Below are positions 1 to 16,114 of a stretch of DNA of 64,000 nt, one piece after another. Location: NCBI GenBank assembly GCA_902563335.1, contig CACEWU010000004.1, forward strand, positions 6,932-70,931, given 5' to 3'. The stretch's first letter is position 1. Every line of letters begins with the position of its first letter. The notes beneath the pieces were generated by a model that saw nothing but the letters and a program-made list of their open reading frames with translations, had not been told where the DNA came from and searched no databases. A program made the position numbers and the translations under genes. The DNA comes from an uncultured Prochlorococcus sp. (GTDB lineage Bacteria; Cyanobacteriota; Cyanobacteriia; PCC-6307; Cyanobiaceae).

Positions 1-1
1 A

Positions 2-268
2 GCTTTGCCTTTGCCTTCCCAAACCTCTATTTTTAAAGTCCTAAATCCTTCTAAAATCAAATATCAAGAGGTTCATGTCTTCTGCCAACAAGAAGAAAAA
101 GTAATTTCTCTTTTAAAGCCAATCATTAATGCTGGAGCAAATGCCAGTCCCAAGCAGAATCTTAATGTCGGGCAAATGCGAAGCTTATTTAAAGCTTGGC
201 CTCGATCTCCGAAAGGAATTGGTGTAAATCTCACCTGGCTAGTCCAACTGCTCTTAGTGCACAAATGA
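2..268 (+). CDS. 3' end of a gene running off the window start; probably a BioC-like malonyl-ACP O-methyltransferase C-terminus
   Basis: The frame is open from base 2. The stop TGA at 266-268 overlaps the bioD ATG (ATGA at 265-268), which implies translational coupling to a biotin operon. The tail ...AWPRSPKGIGVNLTWLVQLLLVHK resembles BioC C-termini. Identity rests mostly on context. Confidence 0.45.
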   Translation, partial: ALPLPSQTSIFKVLNPSKIKYQEVHVFCQQEEKVISLLKPIINAGANASPKQNLNVGQMRSLFKAWPRSPKGIGVNLTWLVQLLLVHK

Positions 269-924
269 ACACTAAACAAACTGGTCTGATAGTCTGTGGT
301 ACAGATACAAATGTGGGCAAAACAGTTGTTAGTGCCTTAATTGTTCAAGGCTTAAATGCAATCTATTGGAAGCCTATACAAAGTGGTTTAGAGGAAGGTG
401 GTGATACAGGCCGAGTCTGTGCACTTTTAAAGCTTGCTAGAAATCGTTGGCTACCAGAGGCCTACAAATTCAGATCTCCAGTTTCTCCTCACTGGGCAGC
501 GGAAAAAGAGAATGCACATGTAGAACAATCTCGATTAAGACTTCCTTTAGTAGAAGGACCACTAATTGTAGAAACGGCAGGAGGGCTAATGGTTCCACTA
601 AATCGCAAGTTGCTGCAAATAGACCAAATAAAGCAATGGTCTCTACCAGTAGTCATAGTAGCCCGTACTGAACTAGGAACTCTTAATCACACCTTGCTAA
701 GTATTGAAGCTTTGAGACATAGACAAATCCCAATTCTAGGTCTTTTACTTAATGGTCCAGATCACTCTGACAATCCTAAAACTCTCAAACAAATAGGAAA
801 TATTCCTTTAATAGGCCATTTACCTCGTTTGGAGAGGTTATCAGCAGACACCCTTGCGAACCAATGGCAAAGTCAAAATCTTGGTCCCATCTTCAAACAA
901 CTCATGCACTCAACCAATGGATGA
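265..924 (+). CDS. bioD: dethiobiotin synthase
   Basis: The N-terminus MNTKQTGLIVCGTDTNVGKTVV carries the BioD P-loop, and the ETAGGLMVP motif is present. The internal ATG at 265 is preferred over the ORF-track start at 196. The stop overlaps the bioA start. Confidence 0.9.
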   Translation: MNTKQTGLIVCGTDTNVGKTVVSALIVQGLNAIYWKPIQSGLEEGGDTGRVCALLKLARNRWLPEAYKFRSPVSPHWAAEKENAHVEQSRLRLPLVEGPLIVETAGGLMVPLNRKLLQIDQIKQWSLPVVIVARTELGTLNHTLLSIEALRHRQIPILGLLLNGPDHSDNPKTLKQIGNIPLIGHLPRLERLSADTLANQWQSQNLGPIFKQLMHSTNG

Positions 925-2224
925 TTCTTTCCATAAGGATTCAAATATGCAATCAAGCGAGTGGCACCCACACATTTGGCCTCCTTTTACACAAATTAAA
1001 TCTGCAACGCCACCACAGCGGATTACTAGAGGACAAGGAGCCCTACTAGAAATTGACGGCGCACCTCCATTAATTGATGCAATCAGCAGCTGGTGGGTCA
1101 CTCTTCATGGTCATGCAAATCCATACATCGCATCAGCAATTTCATTGCAAGCACAAGAACTCGAGCAAGTTATTTTTGCCGATTTTATTCATCCTCAAGC
1201 CGAGCGCCTAGCCCAAAGACTCTGCAAAAAAACTGGTCTTCAACGCTTGTTCTTCTCAGACAACGGCTCAACAGCAGTTGAGGTGGCTTTAAAGATTGCC
1301 TACCAAAGATGGCAAAACATCAATGAGCCCAGAAATCAAATAATTGCATTTGAAGGGGCCTACCACGGAGACACCTTCGGTGCCATGGCCTTAGGAGAAC
1401 GCAACCTATTCAATGCACCATTTGAAAGAATGCTTTTCCCAGTGGCTAGGTTGCCATGGCCTGCAACATGGTGGGGAGATGATGAAGTAGAAAGTCGCGA
1501 AAATAAAGTCTTGGCAGGCTTAGCGAACTTACTAGAAACAGCTACTGCCGCAGTAATCCTCGAACCCCTGCTCCAAGGAGCAGGAGGTATGTCTATAGTC
1601 CGACCTGAATTCCTACAGGCCATAGAAAAGCTAGTTCTGCAAGCTGGAGCGTTACTAATAACTGATGAAGTCCTAACTGGCTTTGGAAGAACTGGCTCGT
1701 TATTTTCTTTCCAAAAATCTGGAATCAAGCCTGACCTAATAGCTCTTTCAAAAGGCCTAACAGGTGGATTTCTCCCAATGGGAGTAACTATGGCAAAAGA
1801 AGAAATCTTCCAGACATTTGTAGGCGAAGACCCAAGCCTAACTCTTTGGCATGGCCATAGTTTTACTGCCAATCCTTTGGGCTGTGCAGCAGCAAATGCC
1901 AGCTTAGATCTTCTAGAAGAAAGTCCTAATTTGTACAGAACCTTTGAGTCACGTCATCAACCTTACCTAGAAGAGTTAGCAAAAAACCCAAAAGTGAAAA
2001 GGCCAAGACTATTAGGAACTATTGCCGCCTTTGATATTGAAGTTGAAGGAGCAAAAGGGTATCTCAATGTTGCTGGCAAAACCTTACAGAAGCATTGCAT
2101 CTCTCATGGTGTATTCCTAAGGCCATTAGGGAATGTGGTTTATCTTTTACCACCACTATGTATTAGTAATTTAGAGTTAGAGCAATGCTATTTAGCGATC
2201 GAGTCTGGGTTACAAGATCTCTAA
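917..2224 (+). CDS. bioA: adenosylmethionine-8-amino-7-oxononanoate aminotransferase
   Basis: Class III aminotransferase signatures are present (HGHANP, LITDEVLTGFGRTG, ALSKGLTGG with the PLP lysine). The ATG at 917 overlaps the bioD stop at 922-924. An alternative ATG lies at 947. Confidence 0.9.
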   Translation: MDDSFHKDSNMQSSEWHPHIWPPFTQIKSATPPQRITRGQGALLEIDGAPPLIDAISSWWVTLHGHANPYIASAISLQAQELEQVIFADFIHPQAERLAQRLCKKTGLQRLFFSDNGSTAVEVALKIAYQRWQNINEPRNQIIAFEGAYHGDTFGAMALGERNLFNAPFERMLFPVARLPWPATWWGDDEVESRENKVLAGLANLLETATAAVILEPLLQGAGGMSIVRPEFLQAIEKLVLQAGALLITDEVLTGFGRTGSLFSFQKSGIKPDLIALSKGLTGGFLPMGVTMAKEEIFQTFVGEDPSLTLWHGHSFTANPLGCAAANASLDLLEESPNLYRTFESRHQPYLEELAKNPKVKRPRLLGTIAAFDIEVEGAKGYLNVAGKTLQKHCISHGVFLRPLGNVVYLLPPLCISNLELEQCYLAIESGLQDL

Positions 2225-2275
2225 CTTCTAATTCACTAAGAAGAGTTTTTGGCGATATTTTTCAAATAGTTTTCT

Positions 2276-2758
2276 TTAAAAAGATATAATATGAAGTTGG
2301 TTAATTGTTTGTTCAATAACCAACCAACTTGGTGATACATGAAACTCTCTACCGTGAGAAATAGCTATTCCTAATCCCAAAGCCAAGCTAAAAATAAAAG
2401 CAATTCCTAACAATAGAAGTGAAAATAACTCACCTCCAGAAAATGGTCGACGAAATTCAACGAATCTAGATTCCTCAGTGGTTAAATTAAAATTATTTTC
2501 ATGTCTTTCAGATGAAAGGTTAGCTTGATATTCATTTACAGAAAGGCTCGCATCATAAGCATCTCTTTTTAAAGGGTCTATAAGAAATTCATAAGCTTCG
2601 CAAACTTCTTGAAACCCAATAGAAGCCTCCTCCTCAGGGAGAGAAGTCGTATCTGGATGAAGAGCCTTGCTCAAATGCCTAAATGCCTTCCTAAGGGCAT
2701 GTGCATCGGCTGACTGCGGAACACCCAGAATCTCGTAATAGCTCCGAGAAGAACTCAA
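2276..2758 (-). CDS. J-domain (DnaJ-like) protein with a C-terminal transmembrane helix
   Basis: The J-domain YYEILGVPQSADAHALRKAFRHLSKALHPD includes the HPD motif. A hydrophobic segment LFSLLLLGIAFIFSLALGLGIAI follows. The TTG start is forced because the J-domain begins 6 codons after it. Confidence 0.8.
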   Translation of the reverse strand: MSSSRSYYEILGVPQSADAHALRKAFRHLSKALHPDTTSLPEEEASIGFQEVCEAYEFLIDPLKRDAYDASLSVNEYQANLSSERHENNFNLTTEESRFVEFRRPFSGGELFSLLLLGIAFIFSLALGLGIAISHGREFHVSPSWLVIEQTINQLHIISF

Positions 2759-2839
2759 ATTGCTAGAAAATAGTACTCATATGGAAGATCTCAAAACTAA
2801 AGTTTAATGAAGACATCCTAGAGGACTAGAAAAATTCAA

Positions 2840-3607
2840 ATGTCATTACTTCCCAATCTCTATAACAATTCCGACTCACCACTTTGGAAGAAAATAGAGT
2901 GGAAGCCATCTTCTAAGCAATTAAAGCAATTTTTAGATCTCCAAAAAATACTTACCAAATTAAACTCTCAAGTCAACTTAACTCGTCTCATCAAAGATGA
3001 GGACTACTGGATAAATCAAGTTTTTGACAGCCTTTGGCCACTCAAAAAAGAATTACGAGACTCTTCGACTCCTCTTAATTGCATTGACGTTGGTACGGGC
3101 TGTGGCTTTCCAGGATTAGCCGTGGCAATAGCACTACCAAAAGCAAAAATCACTCTTGTAGATGCGATTAGTCGAAAAACCAACGCGATCCAACAAATTG
3201 TCAACCAACTAGGATTATCAACACGTATCAATGTGCGAACTGAACGAATTGAACAGACCGGACATAATCCCTCCTTTAGAAGTAATTTTGACTTGGCTAT
3301 AGCAAGAGCGGTTGGCTCAGCCCCAGTTCTTGCCGAATATTTGATCCCGCTAATCAATTACCAAGGTAACGCTCTGCTTTATAGAGGGAAGTGGAACAAT
3401 TCTAATGAAGCAGAGTTAAGACAAGCTCTAAGGTCATTAAATGCAGAAATAAACATGATTGAAGCTTTTGAATTACCTTTTAATCGGGGAATAAGACACC
3501 AGATCAGACTTAAGTCGATAGATTTATGCCCTAAAAACTATCCAAGGGCTATTGGAATAGCCACAAAAAGACCTTTAGGCCTTAAAAATTCGCCAGCCTC
3601 TGAATAG
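2840..3607 (+). CDS. rsmG: 16S rRNA (guanine527-N7)-methyltransferase
   Basis: The GidB/RsmG SAM-binding motif CIDVGTGCGFPGLAVAIALP is present, and the size and layout are typical. Confidence 0.85.
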   Translation: MSLLPNLYNNSDSPLWKKIEWKPSSKQLKQFLDLQKILTKLNSQVNLTRLIKDEDYWINQVFDSLWPLKKELRDSSTPLNCIDVGTGCGFPGLAVAIALPKAKITLVDAISRKTNAIQQIVNQLGLSTRINVRTERIEQTGHNPSFRSNFDLAIARAVGSAPVLAEYLIPLINYQGNALLYRGKWNNSNEAELRQALRSLNAEINMIEAFELPFNRGIRHQIRLKSIDLCPKNYPRAIGIATKRPLGLKNSPASE

Positions 3608-4805
3608 TTCCACCTCCAACTCGACTTCTTAACTTGCGCAATAAGTCCGGGATTTGATCAGACCATGGACTATGAGAAAGGACCTTTTTCAAGTCCTCTT
3701 CATTAACTCCATTGTCTAAACAATCAGCATTAGCTCCAGGGAACCAATGACCACCATTACCTAAAAGGCTATAACGTGCTTTTACGTAACTCTCCATTTC
3801 CCAAGCCTCTAAAAGATTATAGAGCCAAAGCAATACAGGAATATTGATTTGCCCTGGTGTTTCTTGCCAGCGTGGCAAAGAAATCCACCAACTAGTAAAC
3901 CAACTTTCACCTAGTACAGCAATTGCTTGATCGTTCAATTTCCGCTCAATAGCTGGTACAAATTCATTACTTCTACTTAACAAGTCTATTGCCTGAAGAT
4001 GTAGATCAAGTGCCTGAGGATTTGATGGACCAACACTAATTGTATGGACTCGTTTATCGCTTAGACAAAAAAGGTCATTAAAGATAATAGGGTGTAATGG
4101 GGCACATAAATCTAAGAGTTTTGAAGATGGTGAATGTAAATGGCCACCCTTATCTGTTGGGCTTATAATAAATACTCCCAGGTCAAGCTTTTTTGCTAGT
4201 TCTAAGGCAGATTCGTTTTGTTGGTTAATAAAATACCAATGAAGGTTAACATAATCAAATTGGTTACTCTGCATAGCATGAATAATCAATTCAGTTGGAG
4301 CATGAGTAGAGAAACCAACATGACCTATGAGTCCATTCTTCTGCCAACGACGAACAACTTCTAAACAACCACCCGCACAAAGTGTCTGCTCCAAATGTAT
4401 TGGGAGATTTATTCCATGTATTGCCAAGAGGTCTAATCTTTCACATCTAAGTCTTTTAAAACTCAGCTCTAACTCAGCTTCAAAAACATTGGCATCTTCA
4501 TGAGGAGGAATTTTTGTCTGTAGCAATCTTTTTGGATTGGGACAGTTTTTCAAAGCAAGTCCAATCTGTCTTTCAGAACTCCCGTAATGCCTTGCTGTCT
4601 CTAAATGGTTAAAACCTAAATGAACACCTTTTCGAAGGATATGTTCTAAATTTTCCTGACTTTCACTACTTATCTGACTTTCATTGACATCATTCCAACT
4701 TTGCTGAAACCGCATCCCACCCATAGATAGAACAGGCATCTGCAGACCTGTTCGTCCAAAACGCCTAGTAGGTAATTGAGCTCTCTGAGAAGGATTTTTT
4801 CTCAA
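3582..4805 (-). CDS. aldo/keto reductase family oxidoreductase (long form, about 400 aa)
   Basis: AKR N-terminal signatures are present (RRFGRTGLQMPVLSMGGM, GFNHLETARHYGSSE). The start overlaps the upstream ferredoxin stop by 4 nt. Confidence 0.8.
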   Translation of the reverse strand: MRKNPSQRAQLPTRRFGRTGLQMPVLSMGGMRFQQSWNDVNESQISSESQENLEHILRKGVHLGFNHLETARHYGSSERQIGLALKNCPNPKRLLQTKIPPHEDANVFEAELELSFKRLRCERLDLLAIHGINLPIHLEQTLCAGGCLEVVRRWQKNGLIGHVGFSTHAPTELIIHAMQSNQFDYVNLHWYFINQQNESALELAKKLDLGVFIISPTDKGGHLHSPSSKLLDLCAPLHPIIFNDLFCLSDKRVHTISVGPSNPQALDLHLQAIDLLSRSNEFVPAIERKLNDQAIAVLGESWFTSWWISLPRWQETPGQINIPVLLWLYNLLEAWEMESYVKARYSLLGNGGHWFPGANADCLDNGVNEEDLKKVLSHSPWSDQIPDLLRKLRSRVGGGTIQRLANF

Positions 4806-5200
4806 CTCTTACGAGGCTTTAATCGTTTAGAAAGTTTAGGCAACATGCCCAAAGACTGAAAATCCAAAGCTGCAAGTTTGGCCCTTAATTGTTCTAATTC
4901 CTCAAAAGGAACCCAATGAATACAGTCAACAGGACAGGTATCTATTGCTTCCTGAATAATCTCCGTTCTATCACCATCTTGCCTAATAGCCCTTGATCTC
5001 CCAAAAGTCTGCTCAATAACAAATGTATTCGAGGCAACGTTACTGCAATAACGACAACCTATACAAGTTGCCTCATCTACCCAAACAGCCTTTTCTCTTA
5101 ATTGCCCACCTAATCTTGGTTCTTTGCCAGAAACAACATAACCAACTTTAGATTTGGTTTTAAAGGCTAAGGAAGGATCAATACTGCTCAATGGCCTCAA
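4802..5200 (-). CDS. bacterial-type single-cluster 4Fe-4S ferredoxin (Fed7-like)
   Basis: The cluster motif is CIGCRYCSNV ... CPVDCIHW (CxxCxxC...CP), followed by a C-terminal basic tail. It lies adjacent to ycf35, as in the Synechocystis sll0661/sll0662 pair (recalled from memory). Confidence 0.75.
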   Translation of the reverse strand: MRPLSSIDPSLAFKTKSKVGYVVSGKEPRLGGQLREKAVWVDEATCIGCRYCSNVASNTFVIEQTFGRSRAIRQDGDRTEIIQEAIDTCPVDCIHWVPFEELEQLRAKLAALDFQSLGMLPKLSKRLKPRKS

Positions 5201-5204
5201 TCAA

Positions 5205-5597
5205 TTAGGAATCCCAACGAGTCACAACCAATTCGATAGAGCCATCTACATTATTGGTCTGCTCAGCGACCTCAAATCCTTCTTTAATTGTCGCTGAAAG
5301 AACTGTATTTAACGCGTAGCGCTGTGTGACTTGAGACAAAAATCGTTCAACAGGGATCTTTTGGCTCCAAAGATCTAGATCAGTAACCAATTCATATGTT
5401 TTGGTCGCTGAGTTCCATCTAAAACCAATATCACCTCCTTGAGGCATTGTTACAGTCATTTCAGCTTTAACAGTCTGCCCTCGGTAGCCACGAACTAAGT
5501 TCTCTCCTTCTTGAGCTACGTAACCAAGGTCTTGCAGAGCCTGAACAAGAGGCTTTCTCTTGCGGAGCTGAGTTTTTACCGTGCTGAAATGTGACAT
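5205..5597 (-). CDS. ycf35: Ycf35 / DUF1257 family protein
   Basis: The N-terminus MSHFSTVKTQLRK is characteristic of Ycf35/DUF1257, and the length is about 130 aa. Confidence 0.65.
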   Translation of the reverse strand: MSHFSTVKTQLRKRKPLVQALQDLGYVAQEGENLVRGYRGQTVKAEMTVTMPQGGDIGFRWNSATKTYELVTDLDLWSQKIPVERFLSQVTQRYALNTVLSATIKEGFEVAEQTNNVDGSIELVVTRWDS

Positions 5598-5800
5598 CAG
5601 TTTATTTCCAAAGGAATTGGTTGAATCTGACTTTGAGAACTCTCATAAGCCTCGGCCTTTAGCTCTCGTTTATGAACCACTCCCAAATCTTCTTCAAGAA
5701 GCTTTGTGAGCAGCTCACAATCCTTACCAACGACACCCTCAACAGTCTCTTCAACGAGACCGTCCTGTCGAATCCTGAACCGGAGAGTGCGTTGAGGCAT
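5597..5800 (-). CDS. DUF2997-like small protein
   Basis: This is a 67-aa ORF, RFRIRQDGLVEETVEGVVGKDCELLTKLLEEDLG. Its last base is shared with the ycf35 start codon. The family assignment is from memory of DUF2997/DUF1257 pairs. Confidence 0.6.
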   Translation of the reverse strand: MPQRTLRFRIRQDGLVEETVEGVVGKDCELLTKLLEEDLGVVHKRELKAEAYESSQSQIQPIPLEIN

Positions 5801-5888
5801 CCATCTGGAGTAGGAGGTAACTGATGTTATAGAAAGACACAGCCAAAATAGTGACAGTTGTTACAAGGAGATGTTTATAAAGCTAACT

Positions 5889-6698
5889 TCAGGGCAACAA
5901 TCCCTCATTAATCAAGGACTGCACTTGAGAATGAGCGATTGGATCATCAAGCTGTTCCAATGCCACACGAGCTTCATAGCGCACCGAGGGTTCCGGATCA
6001 TTTAACAAAACACTTACAAAAACTTCGACTAATTGATTCCTTCGTATCTCTTCCAATCTCTTGTAAAGACGACCTAAAGACCAAATGCAATTACTTCTCA
6101 CTACAGGTTCACTATCAATTTGCAAACTGATCAAGAGCTGATTAGCTGCTGTCTCTGCCTTGTCAAGAGAAATGGCTCCTGCTTCAGCAAGGGAGCCTGA
6201 AGCCCATAATCGCACCGCTGCTACATCATTTTTTAAAGCATTAATGAGGGGATCTAAAACAGGCGCATCCGCATAATTTCCAAGACTCCAAGCAGTTGCC
6301 TTTCGCACATAAGCATTGCTGTCCGTTCGCAAAATCCGAAGAAGAATATCCACTGCACGAGGGCAGGGGTTCCGTCCTAATGCATATACAGCGCTCATTC
6401 GCTCCACTGGACAAGGCTCTTGCAAAAGGGGAACAAGCAAAGGGAGCGCCCTCTGATCTCTGTGCTCACAAAAGACCCTCAAACCTTGCAAACGTTCCTC
6501 ATGGCCTTGCTTAAGCCACTTAAGGCCTGCTTCACACTCACGAGCAGCATTCAACTCATCAGAGTCAAAGCCTTCAAGGTCAATTTCATCTAAAGGATCA
6601 CCATCAAGCTCAGCGGCAAGCTCCTTTGCAAGCACATCAGGATCTATGGCTAACTTCGCCAGACTCTCATCGTTAAAAAGGCCTGATGCATCATTCAT
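5889..6698 (-). CDS. HEAT-repeat (PBS-lyase-like) protein
   Basis: Repeats of the type VR.ATAWSLG occur five times: ERMSAVYALG, VRKATAWSLG, VRLWASGSLA, VRSNCIWSLG, VRYEARVALE. Confidence 0.8.
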   Translation of the reverse strand: MNDASGLFNDESLAKLAIDPDVLAKELAAELDGDPLDEIDLEGFDSDELNAARECEAGLKWLKQGHEERLQGLRVFCEHRDQRALPLLVPLLQEPCPVERMSAVYALGRNPCPRAVDILLRILRTDSNAYVRKATAWSLGNYADAPVLDPLINALKNDVAAVRLWASGSLAEAGAISLDKAETAANQLLISLQIDSEPVVRSNCIWSLGRLYKRLEEIRRNQLVEVFVSVLLNDPEPSVRYEARVALEQLDDPIAHSQVQSLINEGLLP

Positions 6699-6728
6699 GC
6701 AATGATCGTAGAGGCACCTCGGCGAACT

Positions 6729-6854
6729 TCAATTCATTGAAGCTGGTGCAAGCATGTCACCAGGGAGCCAGATGCGGGCACTTACTGCAAAAAAAGCCAC
6801 TCCAAATAGAGCAACTATCAATATTGGCAAAAGAGTAGTTCGGAAAAAGCTCAA
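6729..6854 (-). CDS. candidate 41-codon single-pass membrane peptide (not in the ORF track)
   Basis: My own translation of the 206-nt spacer gives (TTG)SFFRTTLLPILIVALFGVAFFAVSARIWLPGDMLAPASMN*. It contains one clean hydrophobic helix of about 21 residues. There is no in-frame ATG before the helix, so a TTG start is required. Confidence 0.3.
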   Translation of the reverse strand: MSFFRTTLLPILIVALFGVAFFAVSARIWLPGDMLAPASMN

Positions 6855-6904
6855 CTTTCAAATTTAATTTGATCCATTCTGCTCACATCTTTAGAAGTCA
6901 ACAA

Positions 6905-8668
6905 TCAATGTTTCAAGATTAAATTGGTAGGCCACTTTTTTCTGATTGCCACAAAGGAACCTACTGCAACCAACAAACCAATCCAACCTCCACGCTCCTG
7001 GTGTAAAAGAAAAGCCCCGCAACCTAGTAATCCTCCATACAAAATACCTGTACTAAGCAAAAACCGAATAATCAAGCTTTCTAAAGAATCAACTGCTTTA
7101 ACTCCAAAAGTATTGCGCAACAGTCGCCAACCTGGTCCTGGAGGTCGAACCTTGCGAACAAACCGCTCTAAAACCTCTTTTGATTCAGGAGGAGTCAATA
7201 CCAAAACTATCAACCACACAACCGCCGTAAACAATGTAGTTATGATTAATCTTTGCCCATAATCATCGACCCGCAGGATTGGCGAAAGAGAAGTTGTTAT
7301 ACCGACAACGAATCCACAAACCATTGCAGCCAATTCAGCCGCAGCATTAATTCGCCACCAAAACCACCTCAACACAAGAACAACACCAGGCCCAGTACCT
7401 ATAGCTATAGCCAGACGAAATACTGAACCAATACTGTCACTAACAAGAGCAGTAAAAACTCCTAATACCATCAACATGAAGCTGGTCAACTGAGCGACTA
7501 GGAGTAATTCACGAGGGCCCGCTGAAGCCCTCAAGAATCTCTGATATAAGTCATGCGTTAAATAACCAGCTCCCCAATTAACACAGGTGCTAACAGTACT
7601 CATAAAAGCTGCCACTAAGGAGACAACCACAAGGCCTAATGCCACTGGTGGAAGATATCTAACTGCAAGCATTGGATAACTAAGTTCCCAATCTGCTTGA
7701 GCTGGCAGCAACACAATTGCTGACAATGCAACCAACACCCACAACCAACTCCTCAAGAGATAATTCACTACAAGAAAAACCCAACTTGCCAACTCTGCCT
7801 GTCGCTCATCACGTGTTGCCAACATTCTTTGAATAAATTCTCCACCTCCATCACTACGGCGAAAACTCCACCATTGCAAAGAAAGGAATGCAGTAAAGCT
7901 TGCAATGCTGATTCCTGCACCACTAATCCACTCAACTCTGGATTCATTCCAGCGCCAGGGGAAAAGGGAAAGAAGTTCTGGACGTCCAATCTCATGAAGC
8001 CTCGCCAACAATTCGGTCATCCCTCCAGCAGCTCTAACCGAGACAATCGCAACAGCGAGTGCACCAATCAGTGCTAATCCCAACTGCACTAAGTCAGTGA
8101 TTACAACCGCCCACAGACCACCAACCACGGTGTAGGCCACCACAAGAACAGCAACTACTGCAAGCAAGAGCATAGTGTCAGTGATATTCCCAACGATGAC
8201 GTGTCCATCAACAATGCCTAATGCCTCAGCAACCTTTCGCATTGCCAGGAAGGCATAACCAATGCCAATACAGTTGACTGGAATTGCAAGTAAAAAAGCC
8301 TTTACTCCTCTTAACCATGCCGCAATCCTTCCTCCATAGCGCAATTCAGTAAAAGCAGCATCTGTCAACACACCAGTTCTTCTCCACATTGGAGCAAAAA
8401 CAACCGCCATAGCGATATGAGCAAGACCAAAACTCCACCATTCCCAATTCCCCGCAAGCCCACGAGTAGCAACTAATCCAGCAACATATAGAGGTGTATC
8501 AATTGAAAATGTAGTAGCAGCCATTGATGCACCTGCGACCCAACCACTCAACCCCCTCCCCGCAACAAAATAATCAACCTGAGTTTGATTCCTTGTAGAT
8601 AAAAGCACCCCAATCAGAAGAGTACCTATCAGATAGATGAAAAGTATTAGCCAATCAATCGCGACCAT
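6905..8668 (-). CDS. sodium:solute symporter (SSS) family transporter
   Basis: The 587-aa polytopic protein has SSS-like helices (GRGLSGWVAGASMAATTFS, NWGAGYLTHDLYQRF). The substrate cannot be determined from the sequence. Confidence 0.8.
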   Translation of the reverse strand: MVAIDWLILFIYLIGTLLIGVLLSTRNQTQVDYFVAGRGLSGWVAGASMAATTFSIDTPLYVAGLVATRGLAGNWEWWSFGLAHIAMAVVFAPMWRRTGVLTDAAFTELRYGGRIAAWLRGVKAFLLAIPVNCIGIGYAFLAMRKVAEALGIVDGHVIVGNITDTMLLLAVVAVLVVAYTVVGGLWAVVITDLVQLGLALIGALAVAIVSVRAAGGMTELLARLHEIGRPELLSLFPWRWNESRVEWISGAGISIASFTAFLSLQWWSFRRSDGGGEFIQRMLATRDERQAELASWVFLVVNYLLRSWLWVLVALSAIVLLPAQADWELSYPMLAVRYLPPVALGLVVVSLVAAFMSTVSTCVNWGAGYLTHDLYQRFLRASAGPRELLLVAQLTSFMLMVLGVFTALVSDSIGSVFRLAIAIGTGPGVVLVLRWFWWRINAAAELAAMVCGFVVGITTSLSPILRVDDYGQRLIITTLFTAVVWLIVLVLTPPESKEVLERFVRKVRPPGPGWRLLRNTFGVKAVDSLESLIIRFLLSTGILYGGLLGCGAFLLHQERGGWIGLLVAVGSFVAIRKKWPTNLILKH

Positions 8669-8701
8669 GACTAACTAGGAGTAATTTCCGTCTTATAAAA
8701 T

Positions 8702-9930
<1,229 letters not shown>

Positions 9931-9999
9931 TTAATTTAACCTCAGTTAATAAGTTGAATACTAATTTAAGAAAAAGATCATCTAAGAGAACTATTTTAC

Positions 10000-14136
<4,137 letters not shown>

Positions 14137-14149
14137 TTAAAAAGACGAT

Positions 14150-16072
<1,923 letters not shown>

Positions 16073-16114
16073 TTAAAAAAGGAGAGGGAAATCGGAATAC
16101 ATTAAATAAAGCGA

